From Saprolegnia diclina VS20 (taxonomy: Eukaryota), in assembly GCF_000281045.1 (NCBI RefSeq), contig NW_008246142.1, positions 108,050 through 146,656 of the forward strand: a DNA stretch of 38,607 bases, written 5' to 3'. Shown piece by piece: positions 20,939 to 32,265 of the stretch. The notes below the pieces were generated by a model. It saw only the letters and a program-made list of their open reading frames with translations. It did not search any database and was not told the DNA's origin. The translations under genes were made by a program, and so were the position numbers. Within the stretch, counting starts at the first letter, position 1, and every line of letters starts with the position of its first letter.

Positions 20939-23900
20939 ATGTCGGGGCTCGGCAACTTGATTCCGCTTGGGAAGAAGGAAGACAAGTCCAAGAAGAGCGA
21001 GGACCTCACGAGTGGCCTCATCCCGATCGGTGGCAAGGCGCCAAAGGACGACGATAACGTCGATGACTTTGATCTGGACGACCTTCTGAGCGACACGCCC
21101 AAGAAGAAGGCGGATGACTCGCCTGGTACGCCCGTCTCTACCATTTCGACGTACCTCGCACACAACCAACCCCGTAGGCAAGTCGTCCAAGAAGAAGAGC
21201 TCCAAGTCCAAGGTAGGTCTGGTATATCACAAGCGTATGCGGCTGACGTCGGGTCTAGTCAAAGTCGTCGCCAAAGTCCAAGTCGGACAAAAAATCCAAA
21301 AAGGTAGATGGCATTTTAGAGATTGATGATGTGATGCTACTATGTCCATAGAAAGACAAGTCGTCCATGGACTGGGATGCGTCCGGCGACTTGGGTGCGT
21401 CCGACGATGCCTTTGCGTCGCCGCCCAAACCGTCGTCGTCATCGCGGAAACCCTTGTCGTTTGAGAACGACGACGACGTCATCGCGCAGCTAGCCAAAGG
21501 CCCCGCCAAGAAGAAAAGCATGCAAAACCTCGATGACGAGTTTGCCAGGGCACTTGGCTTTGACGAATCCGAGTTCTTATCGGCGACGAGCCCTACGAAC
21601 GATGCAGATACCGAGGACCAGCCGCCACCGCCGAGTGCGCCGCCACCGGCACCAGAGCCGTCTTCGGCCCCCGCACCCGACGACCGGTTCTCGCTCGCGT
21701 CGTCCTTCTTTCAAGACGATGCTGGCGATGAGAAACCGAAAGAAGACTCGTTCTCGAGCGATCGGCGCGGCCGCGGACGTCGTAGTAGCACAGCAATGAT
21801 GGACGACGATCCATTTGCGAAAAAACCGTCCAAAATTGAGAGCCTCGACATCTTTGGGTCGTCGCGCCGACGCAGCGACGGCACGGACGCACCGACCAAG
21901 CCGTCTTCAACTACACCGCCGAAAGCCACCCAGGTCACCCCGCCCAAGGCAGCCACTGCCGACGTGACACCGCCCAAGACGTCCGCACCGGACAGCGATC
22001 TGCCGGCGTTTCCTTGGATGAAGAAGAAAACGGGAGCAGAGCCAACACCGACACCGAAGGAAACTCCACCGGTATCCGAGACAAGAGCCGACACGGCCGA
22101 GGCAACACCGAGCTTTCCATGGATGCGTGCCAAGGCCGACGCACCAAAGCCCACAGACGAAGCGGTCGTCGACGACCCGCCAGCGGCGCGGCGTCGAAGT
22201 ACCAAAGCTCCAAAAGATGCTGACGATGTGGATCCGTTTGGTACTGACGAGACGCCGTCATTTCCGTGGATGAAGAAGAAGACCGAAGGAACGCCTGATG
22301 TGACCAAGGCAGACACGAGCAGTAGTGACATGCCATCTTTTCCGTGGTCCAAACCAAAGGTCGACGAGCCGCCGCCGCCAAGTGCCAAGTCCAAGACACC
22401 GCCCAAAGCTATCGAAACAAAAACCACCGACGACGACGAGTTGCCCGAGTTTCCATGGCTTAAGAAATCCAATCCCAAAGAAAATGTTCCGGCACTTCAG
22501 GAAGCCAAAGAACCGCCCAAGACTGTACCACTGGCGACGCCATCCCCCGAGAAGCCCGTGGCGGCACCGTCACCCGAAAAACTCGAAGAGCCCCCCACAC
22601 GACCCCGGCCGCGTGTTGACACGGCCCCTCCTTCAGAACCCGAGCCATTTCGAGTGCCGGACGAGCCTGTGATCAATCCCAGCGTGGTACTGGAACCAAC
22701 GCCAGCAGAGCCGCCACCGGCCAGCTCGCCAGCGCGGTCGCCATCGATACCAATGGCCACAGAGGCTCCGCCCCGTGCGCCGTCGCCCGTGTCCCCCCGG
22801 CGCACGTCCATCGAGGCACCGCCGTCACCAACCCACCGCGGCAGTGGCAGTGGCTTTGACAAGGTAGATGATATCCCACAACCTCTATCTCACCTTGAAC
22901 TAGTCGGCATCGTCGCCACCAAAAGCAGCAACGGGTTCGCCGACGCGGGCGCCGGGCTACGGCGGCGACGACGGCGGGGGACCGCAACGGCTCAGCCCGG
23001 CGTCCCGCGGCACATTCCTCGACAATACTATGATCGTGCCCGCATTCATTTCGCACCAACTTGAAGCCAGTCAGGCGCTCGTCGCGAGCTTGGAGGCGCA
23101 GGTGCAGGCGCACTCCGCCGACAAGACAGCGCTGCAGTCGGTCCACGACCAAGTCTGTTGCTCGAGTTTTCGTTGATTAACAAATGGGCACGCTCTAGGT
23201 GTTGTCGTCTCTCAGCCACGAGACGGCGCGGGCAGCGGGTTTTGAGAGCGATCTTGCTGCCTCGATGGCAGCTTGCGCGGCTGCGACATCCGAGGTTGGA
23301 GTTGTCGTACGTCAGCATAATGAACGACGACTAGGCATCGACACTCCGAGCGGGCAACGCGACGTTGACCACTCAAGTCGGTGCGCTCACGCAAGAAAAA
23401 CAGGTGCTGTACGTACGTAGTAGCTCGATCGCACGCTAGCGTAGGCGCTGAGCACGGAGCTCACCATGCTACGTGTACAAGCCTCTTCGACCGCCGACCT
23501 ACAAGCGCAGATTGCCCAGCTCCTTCAAGACAAGAGCATTCTGCAGGCCGAGCTCCAAAACGTGTCGTCCAAGCTCGTCCTGGCGCAGCGCGATCTCTCG
23601 TCCGAACAAGCACTCCACGCGCAGAGTGTCGAGCGGTTCAAACGGCTCGAGCACGACCGCGCCCAGGAAGCCCTCCAGCAGCAGCGTTGGCGCGACGAAG
23701 AGAACCGGCACGCTGAGAAGGAGGCGGTTGAGCGGCTCTTGACCCAAGTGCGCGCGGCTGTGAGCAACCTCAAGGTACTCCTTAATTTTTTGGGGGCTTG
23801 AACATTCTTGACCTATTTTCGATGGTAGGTGCTACAAGAGAACGTTGTGTTTGGCAAATCCGAAGCCGACGTGCGCAGCATGGGCGAGAACGAGTCGCGG

Positions 23901-25313
23901 TCGCGCCTTCTGCTCGAGATGGAGGGCAGCTGCAAGGCGTATATGAGCCGGACGCAGGAAGAGTGCCAGCGTCTGCAATGTACAGCGTGTCTCTAGTCTC
24001 TGGAATGCCTCGAATACTGACGTAGCGCTGCTCTCGGCGCTTGAAACCACGATGCGGTCGCTTCGAGGCGAGCACATGGAGGAGAAGGAGCGACTGCGCA
24101 GCGAGCAAGCGCGTCTCGAAGAGCTCGCGTTGCACTTCAAGTCGCAAACGACACTGCTTCAAGAGCGCACCGACACCAACACCAAAGTTGTGTCGCAAAC
24201 CCTCGGTACCTCGGAGACTATCAACTTGATACAAAGAGCAATTGATATTCCATAGCCAGTTATATCCAAGACATTCGTATTGCCGAAGCACGCATGCACA
24301 AGCGCCGCGAACAGCACCAAGAAGAAGAGCGGTCGTTGCACATGGCCCGCGCGGTCGACAAGAAAAGCACGTCATCGATCGAACTGATGGTTTGTATGTA
24401 GGCGTTTGCTGCGCAGCAGGAAGAAGCGCTTCGCGACCAGCGCATCGTCCAAGATCGACACCAAGCCGAGGCCCAGCGGTTGAACGAAAAGCTCGGTCGA
24501 CTTCGGGCCGAGAAGCACGCGTTCGAAGACATGATTGCGCGGTACGCGACCGAAATGGAGACGCTGGCCGAGATGCAGCGTCATCTGGACAACGAGAAAG
24601 ACTCCCTTCGCCACGCTGCGCAGTGCGTCGAAGCCATGGCCGAGAAGGTCAAGGCCGCGAGCGAAGTGAGTGCGGCCAACGAGCAGCGCGCGCTGGAAGA
24701 GCGCGACCAAGCGCAAGCGATGCTGGAAGCCATGCACGACGAACGGCTCCGCCTCCAAAAGCACTGGAGCCAAGTCGACGAGCGCGAGCGACGGCTCCAA
24801 GAGGAAATCAAGTACATGGACGCGACGCGGCGCAAGCTCACCGAGGAACGGTCGAGCCTCCTCACGCACCGACGCCACGCGCGGTCGGCCACCGACTGGT
24901 CGCGCCCACCGGCACCCATTGCGGCTGTGAGTTACGCTCGAGAGTACGAGGCGTCGACACCGCGCTCTAACCAGACGCCACCGACACCAACACCAGCAAT
25001 GTGGCGACCAGAGGCGATGCCCCAGCATAAGGACCCGACAGGTCTAAGTCCGTCGTTTCGGACCGAGATGGAAGGCTTCTGGTCCAAGGGCAGCGGGATG
25101 GGTACCTTAGACACATCATCTGATCTGGCGACCAGACTCAGAATGTGGGAGCTAGATCCGGCGACGTCGCGCCAAACGGCGCAGCTCAAGGACCGTATGT
25201 TTCTCTCGTGTGTGGGACTGGACCACTCCAAATACACGCCCCCGCGTGCCGGCGTACCAATGTCCACGTACGGGCGCACGCCGTCACCATCGCTAGGTTC
25301 GTTTGCACTCTGA
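20939..25313 (+). CDS. FBF1: FBF1-like (Fas-binding factor 1; centriole distal appendage / transition fibre) large protein with disordered N-half and coiled-coil C-half, multi-exon
   Basis: ATG 20939 (MSGLGNLIPLGKK); many short GT..AG introns link ORFs 21367, 23466, 24052 and 24480. The spliced segment LLTQVRAAVSNLKVLQENV...ENESRSRLLLEMEGSCKAYMSRTQEECQRLQSLLSALETTMRSLRGEHMEEKERLRSEQARLEEL follows the FBF1 C-terminal pattern E..R...L..LE......E.E+.RL..EQ.+.E, recalled from memory. Confidence 0.6.
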
Positions 25314-25789
25314 CAGGACAGAGATCGCGCTGTCTTTTTAGTCCAACCAACTATAACTTTTTTACGCAACACTGAGGAGAGCGCGACACACTCGTACCTT
25401 GGCCGTCGACGGGAAATTTCTCGATTGCATTCTGTTCCTCAATGTCCTCAGTCTCTCGTAAGGGAATAGGGTCTCCATATTCGGGTACGTTCTTGGAGAG
25501 TACGGAGCTGTTTCGATCGAATATTGTTCCAAAGCTGCACACACAGTGCAAGTGGAAATCGAATAAGGTTAGTTAAGAGGCCGCCCACGAAGACGACCGG
25601 GGTAGTTATCAACTAGTACTAGAAGCGTACAGTAGTAGGGCTAGAGTCGCACACCTCAGGCCATGGGAAATGCGTGAGCTGCTTGGTCGTTGACGTGCGG
25701 TGGTTCAACGAGGTGCGCGGTGCTCGCTGACTGGGTATGGTGGTTGTGCGACTGCTGGAAGAGAGCGCGTCTCTTTTTTGGTCGCAGCT

Positions 25790-26620
25790 TTACGAGGAGC
25801 TGCTTCGAAAATACTTGGAGACGACTCGTGGCGCGCGTGCCTGTGTGCTTGGAGCGGGTTCGAGCACTGTTGAAGACGGCTCTAGTTGCTCCCGTTGTCC
25901 AGAGTCCATCGTGTCGTGGACCGTCGGTTGTAGCAAAATGCTGCGCGTAGCCTCGTCGTCTAGACCACGTTGCTCAGTGCACGATCGACGCCAGCGTACG
26001 TACCAGAACTGGCTTCGTCGCTGTCAGCTCGGCGAATACGTTTTCGGCGGGGCGATCCACTACGCCTCTCCCTCGTTCTTCTTCGTCGGGTCGACCGCAA
26101 CGATGGAATATCCACGTCATCGTCGCGACCTACATGATCCTCGATCGTCATGTGCCATCACATTATGGTGACGTACGCAGATCCTTCTCGTCCTCGCTAT
26201 CTGCAAACTCGACGAAGTCGTTCGGGACGACAAAGCCGTCCATTTCGTAGCCGTCGCTGCCATCGTCCAGCGCAAGTGCAAAGTCGTCGTCGGCAAGTGC
26301 AAAGTCTTCGTTCTCCGCGGGCGGCGCTTGGACTTTATGTGCGACAACGACCTCGGTCTTGGTCGCTTCGTTGAGGATCGCACGAATGTCTACTTTGCAC
26401 AGCGGACACGTCGACGAAACGTTGGCCCACGCGCGAATGCAAGCAAAGCAGAACCGATGGCGGCACGCAATCGAAGCGCCGGTCACGACCGCCTGCAGGC
26501 AGATCGCTACGCACAGTGCATTGTCAGTCGGCCAGCGAACGCGGTTGTACCGCACGTGGTCGCTGCGCCGCCACTGACGTCGGCGGACGGCGGCGCGCGA
26601 AAGTACCGGCTCCGGCGCAT
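25790..26620 (-). CDS. C3HC4 RING finger protein (putative E3 ligase), 4 exons
   Basis: Spliced: MRRSRYFRAPPSADVSGGAATTC|AICLQAVVTGASIACRHRFCFACIRAWANVSSTCPLCK...GYEMDGFVVPNDFVEFADSEDEKDL|RRDDDVDIP...SPRRKRIRR...SS|DDEATRS...PRVVSKYFRSSSS*. All three introns are GTAC..TAG. Confidence 0.8.
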
Positions 26621-26710
26621 CGACCACCTCCCACACTTGATACTATTGTTGCCTCTGCCACTTTATGTTTCATGGCAGAATAGATAGATAGTCGATGATA
26701 AGCTTAGACT

Positions 26711-27184
26711 CTAGACCGGTGGCTCGGGCTCAAGTGTTGTCGTTGACGTCTGGAGACCCGAGCTGCCTCGCCGCAGCTCAACCGTGTCCGTGAAGAGACT
26801 ATACTCGCTCGTCGCAGTCGTGGCATCCGTCTCGCGTGGTGACGCAATCGCCAGTGGAGACGACAACGAAACAGCCATCTCGGCCCGTGATCGGAGCTGC
26901 ATTGACGCCTCGAGATGATGGCTCGATGACGCATCCTGCTTGAACCATGGCGAGAGCGGCCCGTCGTGCTCGAGCTCGACACTGCTTGGCGGCGCGTGGG
27001 TCTGGGTTCGCCCGTACGCAGCGGCTCGCTGGACAACAAGGTAGCAGGCAATGAACCCAACGACAAAGACAAAGACGACGGCGACACCGACGAGGGCCTT
27101 GGCGTACGCCGGGTCGGCAACGTGCGTACTCGTGATCACTGGGTACGCGGTCGTCGCGTTCAGCGTCGTCGCGTTGGCGACCAT
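26711..27184 (-). CDS. Small single-pass (type III-like) membrane protein, unknown function
   Basis: MVANATTLNATT (two NAT sequons), TM ALVGVAVVFVFVVGFIACYLVV, then QR and a Ser/Thr-rich tail. Confidence 0.65.
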   Translation of the reverse strand: MVANATTLNATTAYPVITSTHVADPAYAKALVGVAVVFVFVVGFIACYLVVQRAAAYGRTQTHAPPSSVELEHDGPLSPWFKQDASSSHHLEASMQLRSRAEMAVSLSSPLAIASPRETDATTATSEYSLFTDTVELRRGSSGLQTSTTTLEPEPPV

Positions 27185-28747
27185 ATTGCATGCACCTGTT
27201 GAGAATGGATGTGGCAGTAGCAGATCCTGGGCGCGAACGCTGGACGGCAATACACTGTACGCTGTAGCAGGTCGGTTCAGCTTGGGTGGCGGCCAAGCCG
27301 GATACTTTCAGTGGGCACGCATGTCGCGTCGCGCCACCACCTGACGTGGCAGCGGCTGCCACCAGCGCGATGCGCGGGCCTTCAAGCTTTTACGGGACTG
27401 GGACTGGTGCGTCGCCCACCGCTATTCATTACGTCATGCCCAAAGCGGCTTGAGTAGCCTGGCGCCAGCGAGCGAGGAACCAACAAGGCTTGATGTTCTG
27501 TGATCCAAACAGCTCACTAACGTTATCCTAGCTCAATCAGATAGAGAAAGGCCGCACCGCAGTGCCATCCAAGCGTAGCCATGCGATGGGCCAACAGCTC
27601 CTATAAATGAACAGAGCTGCTTGGTTTTGGTCATTGGCTTCTGGTGCACAGCAATTCTTATGGTCGACGCGTTAGTTTGGGAGGAGATGGGTTGGCGGAC
27701 GCTGGACGCGATCTTGGACACGGCTCGGCACAAGCGAGGACATCGTCTCGTCTCGACACCTTTCTTTGCTGCAAGAAGACGCGCTTTGGGCATGGACTTG
27801 ACAGGATCAGCGTCACTGGAAGTGCAAGTCCCCTTCAACACCGCTCCTCGACTGCCCATGAGCAAATTTGTGATTCTGCAAATTTGTTGGCTGGCGTGTC
27901 GCAGACTGGAATTCGCTTGGAGGAGTACATGGGACTGACGACCGATGCCGTGCCGGCGCGACCCAAGGGGCAGCAACCTTCTACACGAGCGCACGTCTCG
28001 CTTCGTGCAATGCATCACCCGTGCCTCTCCCGCTCATTGCGTTCGAAACGAGCCAAGTCCACATCACGGACGATTTGTGGTAATTCAGCAGCCGTCAACC
28101 AACTGCAAGCACCCATGCCACACGATCCCCGGGCGTTCCTCGAGAAGCGACAGGTCCTTGGACAGAGCCGCAAAGCTCCACCCAGCAGCGTCCATGATCA
28201 ACACAGTCCAACGCTAGGAGGTTCTCCAGGCTTTAGTTTACGGGTGTCGTGCTCGTGCCACCAAAGCTGCAAATGATTTTCTTATTTCTCTTCATTGTAT
28301 CGAACCAAGCCGCCAACACCGGGCTCCGAAGCCTTCAAGGACCCATATTTGCACTCACGTGAGGGGTTCTCGCAACGATTCCCAGAACAATGCAAGATGC
28401 CCCCATCTTTCAACACCGGAAATGACCTTGGTGTCCAGTGCAGTACGGGCACTACACGCATCGGTGGTCAATTCGGCGATGGTCGATTCACAAATCTTGC
28501 ATTTCGTTTCGATCTGCATGCTTCGGTCCGGCTTGGCTTCTTTATAAACCACCCACAGAGCCACCCATCGGTCCCTTCTTGGGCACCCACCCAACACGAA
28601 CCTCGCCATGCACTTGCGCCGACGAGTAGACTTAGCCATCCCTCGCGATACCGACGTCCACGCTCTAAACTGTTGTTGTCGGTGGTAAACAGTTTGGCTT
28701 GATAATTTACAATAGATACGGCAACACACTACCATGTCGCCTCTATC

Positions 28748-29962
28748 TTAGAGCGCAAAGCTGTCGTTCGAGTCCCGACTCTTGGTGCGGAGGTACCGGC
28801 TCGAGGCCAAGTCGGTTGAGCTGTGCATTTCCGAGCCGCTAAAGCTCGAAACAAACGACGGGTTGGGGCTCCCAGACACGAAGCTCGAAGGCCCGCTGCT
28901 CGTGGTGGAGGCGTGGTACCGGCGGGAGCTGTTGGTGTCAGCGGCCGCGGCGGCCCACGCGTTCATCTCGCGCGGCGGCGCCGTCGCATCCGACTGCGCC
29001 GAGAGTGGTGACGCCGGCACGTCACTGCTCACGTACGATTTTTCGCTGATCGGGTACGTCTCAAACTTGTTTTGAAAACGGTACGGCGGCGGTGGCGCCG
29101 ATGCTGCCACGTCCTGGGCGGCTGACTCCCACGTAAATAGACCGGGCTTGACCCCTCGGTCTGAGCCACCGAGGACGGCCATGTCCCGCTGCGAGTCGAG
29201 CACGTTGCTGGGTCGACTCCCGACGACGACGCCGGTGGAGGCGTCGGGCGCCGCATGGAACCGACCACCGACGTACGTGCTGTTGTCCATCGCCGACTTG
29301 GTAAACGCTCGGATCGACGGCATGTCGTCGTCGTCGGCGTACCGTGTCGAACGCTGGCGCGTGAAGAAGCACCATCCGATGAGCAGCGCTGCGAGCACGG
29401 CCGCGACCGACACGCCGACGATGACTGCAATGCTCGTGCCACTTCCCGAGCTCTCTTCCGTCGCGGGTGCTGTTGGCGTCGCGGTCGTTGCCCGGAGTTT
29501 TGTCGGCATCGGTGCATCGGTCGGACCAGCCGTTGGGGCCGACGTCGGTGCTGGCGTCAATGGAGCGGGTGCCGACGTCGATGCTGTCGGCTCGGGCGCC
29601 GGCGTCGGTGCTGGCGTTGGTGCTGGTGTTGGCGCCGGCGTTGGTGCTTGTGTTGGCGCCGGCGTGGGGGCAGGCGTCGGTGCTGGCGTCGGCGCTGGCG
29701 TCGGTGCTGGTGTTGGAGCAGGCGTTGGAGCAGGCGTTGGTGCGGGCGTTGGAGCAGGCGTTGGTGCAGGCGTTGGTGCGGGCGTCGGTGCAGGCGTTGG
29801 CGCGGGTGTCGGCGCGGTCGTTGGCTTGGGTGCTTCCGTTGTCGGCGTCGGCTGTGCAGTCGACGGGCTTGGGACCGGCGTCGTCGTGTTGGTGGCCTGC
29901 GCGTCCGCCGTCGCTGCCAATGCGAGAAGGAGGAGTGCGAGGAGAGCGGTGATTCGTGCCAT
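28748..29962 (-). CDS. Mucin-like type I membrane protein A (signal peptide, APTP stalk, TM, cytoplasmic tail), 404 aa
   Basis: Signal [21 protein letters not shown] at 29962; APTP repeats; [36 protein letters not shown] tail. Confidence 0.85.
   Translation of the reverse strand: MARITALLALLLLALAATADAQATNTTTPVPSPSTAQPTPTTEAPKPTTAPTPAPTPAPTPAPTPAPTPAPTPAPTPAPTPAPTPAPTPAPTPAPTPAPTPAPTQAPTPAPTPAPTPAPTPAPEPTASTSAPAPLTPAPTSAPTAGPTDAPMPTKLRATTATPTAPATEESSGSGTSIAVIVGVSVAAVLAALLIGWCFFTRQRSTRYADDDDMPSIRAFTKSAMDNSTYVGGRFHAAPDASTGVVVGSRPSNVLDSQRDMAVLGGSDRGVKPGLFTWESAAQDVAASAPPPPYRFQNKFETYPISEKSYVSSDVPASPLSAQSDATAPPREMNAWAAAAADTNSSRRYHASTTSSGPSSFVSGSPNPSFVSSFSGSEMHSSTDLASSRYLRTKSRDSNDSFAL
29590..29822 (-). 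repeat. Coding 12-nt minisatellite (APTP) x about 18
   Basis: The plus strand shows repeated GGCGTYGGTGCN units. Confidence 0.9.
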
Positions 29963-30913
29963 GATGCGTCGACGACTGCGCGACGCACGGCCAGAGTTCA
30001 ATTGAGCGCGCACGCGACGAAGGTGCTCGGCGCTCCTGAGATCCACATGGCTTCCGCACCCAGCCGGATCTTTCGTCGGCGCTCGACCAATCATCGTGCG
30101 GAGCGGTCGTTTTGCGTGATGCCATTGGTCAGCACACCGAGACACTGTGCCAAAATTGTCCATCTCGGCGTCGCGTCTGTGCGCCGCCGAGATATGAGCG
30201 GCGCGTCATGAACGATCCCGAGACCAAACTGTACCAAGGTCCACGCGATGTGTGTCTATCTTGAGGAGGAGCCGGTGGCGTCATTTCGTAGTTACCGAAG
30301 TAAGTCGACTTGAACAAAGGGCAACTTGACCGCGCCTCTGGCCATGGGTGCTGCAACGCGGCGCCAAGCCTCTCACGCACCGATGCAATGACGCATACTT
30401 GGGAGGAGTAGTACTATGGTACAGCAGCAGTCGCCGTACGTCACAGCGTCGGGCGAGCGGCCGAGGCAGCACGGGCCGACCACAGCTCATCCTGGTACCA
30501 CAGTGCACACGGCGAGTACCGTGTACGGTACGCTTCGGTGATCTCATCCATGCAGCGCCCGGTGATATACATCGTTCAAGCGAGTGGTATCACGACGCCT
30601 CCTCCTCCGTGATGTCGCCAAGGAGACGACGACCTCTGCCTACTTGTCGTTGCTGGGATGAGATGGACAGCCTATCGTTCTACTATTATAGTCGCGGTAC
30701 CCTAGTCCTCGAGCGTCCAGTCTTTCGCACGTCCCACATCTTGGATTGCAAACACATTTGTCCTAGGCGTGCGTGGACGCATGCCGCGTCGACGGTCGCG
30801 TGCGACTTCGTCCTTGAAGCTGTGTCTGGCACTTCCTTTATCACGAGTCGAAATGTGCAAGCAAGTCGACGCAAAGGACATAGGCATATCTTTGCACCGT
30901 ACTAAAGAAGTGC

Positions 30914-32014
30914 TTATAACGTGAACGCGCGGTCGTCACTGGAGCGACCCGAGAGCGCCGAGTCGCGCTCTTCGGACGACCGCGCCGAGAGGAACGAGTC
31001 GTTGTTGGGCATCGTGCGGTCCGTTTGCATCGCGGCGGCCGACGAGTCGAGTGAAAACTGCCACGGGTTGGTCGACCGCCCCGGCGACGACGCCCGGTAT
31101 CCGCCGGTGATGTCGCTTGTATACGAGCCGTGGTCGCTGGCCACGTCGTCGGGCATTTGCCCATGGCTGTCGGTGCCGCGCGAGTCCCATGTGAAGAAGC
31201 TCGTGCCGACGTCAGCTTCCAGCATCGACATGGAGATCGGTGGTACGTCCGCATACTCGTTGTTGCGGCCGTTGTTGATGGTACCTTGTTGGTGGTGGTG
31301 TTGCTGGTGGAAGACGATGTTATTGTCGTTGGGGTAGTCAAAGCGGCTCGGGCCCGCCGCCTGCGACGATGTATAGACGTCTGTCGGCGGCGCTGGCAGC
31401 GCCTTCATCGCGTACTCGCCGGCATACGTCGACCGACCAAACTCGGACTTGTACCCGCGGGCCGTCATCATGTCGTCGTCGTCGTCGGTCATGCGGCGCT
31501 GGCGCAGAATTAGGAACGCGACGAGGCCACCGAGGACTGCGACGGCTGCGACGGCGCCAACGACGATGATCGTCACGGTCGACGAGTTACTGTCGTCGGT
31601 GGCTGTCGTCGTGCCATTCTTGGTCGCGGACGGTGCTTTCGTCGTCGTCGAGTGCCCGTTGGAGCCCGAGCTGCTGGCCACGATCGGCGCATCGGTCGGC
31701 GTCACGACAACCGGCGCCGGTGTCAACGGCTTCAATGTCGTGGTGCTCGGCGGCGTCGTCGTCGCCACCGTCGTCGATGGCTCCGGTGTTTTGGTCGATG
31801 GCGCCGCTGTCGTCGGCGCGACCGTGGTCGGCGCCACGGTCGTGGGCGTGGGCTCGGGCGCCTTGGTCGTGGGCGCGGGCGTCGGCGCAGGTGTCGGTGC
31901 CGGCGTCGGTGTTGGTGTCATCGGCGGCGGCACGCTCGTCGTCGCGTTGCCGTCGGCGCGCGCCGTCGCAACCAGCACCGTGGCCAGTACCAGCAGCGAG
32001 CGCAGCAGCTGCAT
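30914..32014 (-). CDS. Mucin-like type I membrane protein B, 366 aa
   Basis: Signal MQLLRSLLVLATVLVATARA; T/P-rich stalk; TM IIVVGAVAAVAVLGGLVAFLIL; RQRRMTDDDDDMM tail. Confidence 0.85.
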   Translation of the reverse strand: MQLLRSLLVLATVLVATARADGNATTSVPPPMTPTPTPAPTPAPTPAPTTKAPEPTPTTVAPTTVAPTTAAPSTKTPEPSTTVATTTPPSTTTLKPLTPAPVVVTPTDAPIVASSSGSNGHSTTTKAPSATKNGTTTATDDSNSSTVTIIVVGAVAAVAVLGGLVAFLILRQRRMTDDDDDMMTARGYKSEFGRSTYAGEYAMKALPAPPTDVYTSSQAAGPSRFDYPNDNNIVFHQQHHHQQGTINNGRNNEYADVPPISMSMLEADVGTSFFTWDSRGTDSHGQMPDDVASDHGSYTSDITGGYRASSPGRSTNPWQFSLDSSAAAMQTDRTMPNNDSFLSARSSEERDSALSGRSSDDRAFTL

Positions 32015-32265
32015 TCGTCCGCCAGGAAAGAACGTAAATACGCCGTCCGTTCATCTTGATGTCCATGCACCGCCTGTCCCAGTACGACCCAGGTGTTGAC
32101 GCGTGACTCACATCGCAAGTCGAAATACAAACTGGGCGCTTACAAAACACGGTATATTTGAATAAATAAAAAAGAAACACAACCGCGTTCGACGTGGTTG
32201 CATTGGTGCTGGCTCGTTCGCCAATCGCAGCTGGCGCCGACGATGCAACGACAATCGACGTGGCG

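Noticed and set aside
27300..28740. Short ORFs in the interval between the small TM gene and mucin A
   Set aside because: No recognisable domains or consistent splice pattern; treated as intergenic, although a degraded gene cannot be excluded.
29590..29822. Regular short repeats that might suggest a CRISPR array or satellite
   Set aside because: There are no spacers. It is an in-frame APTP coding repeat with variable third positions, in a eukaryotic gene.
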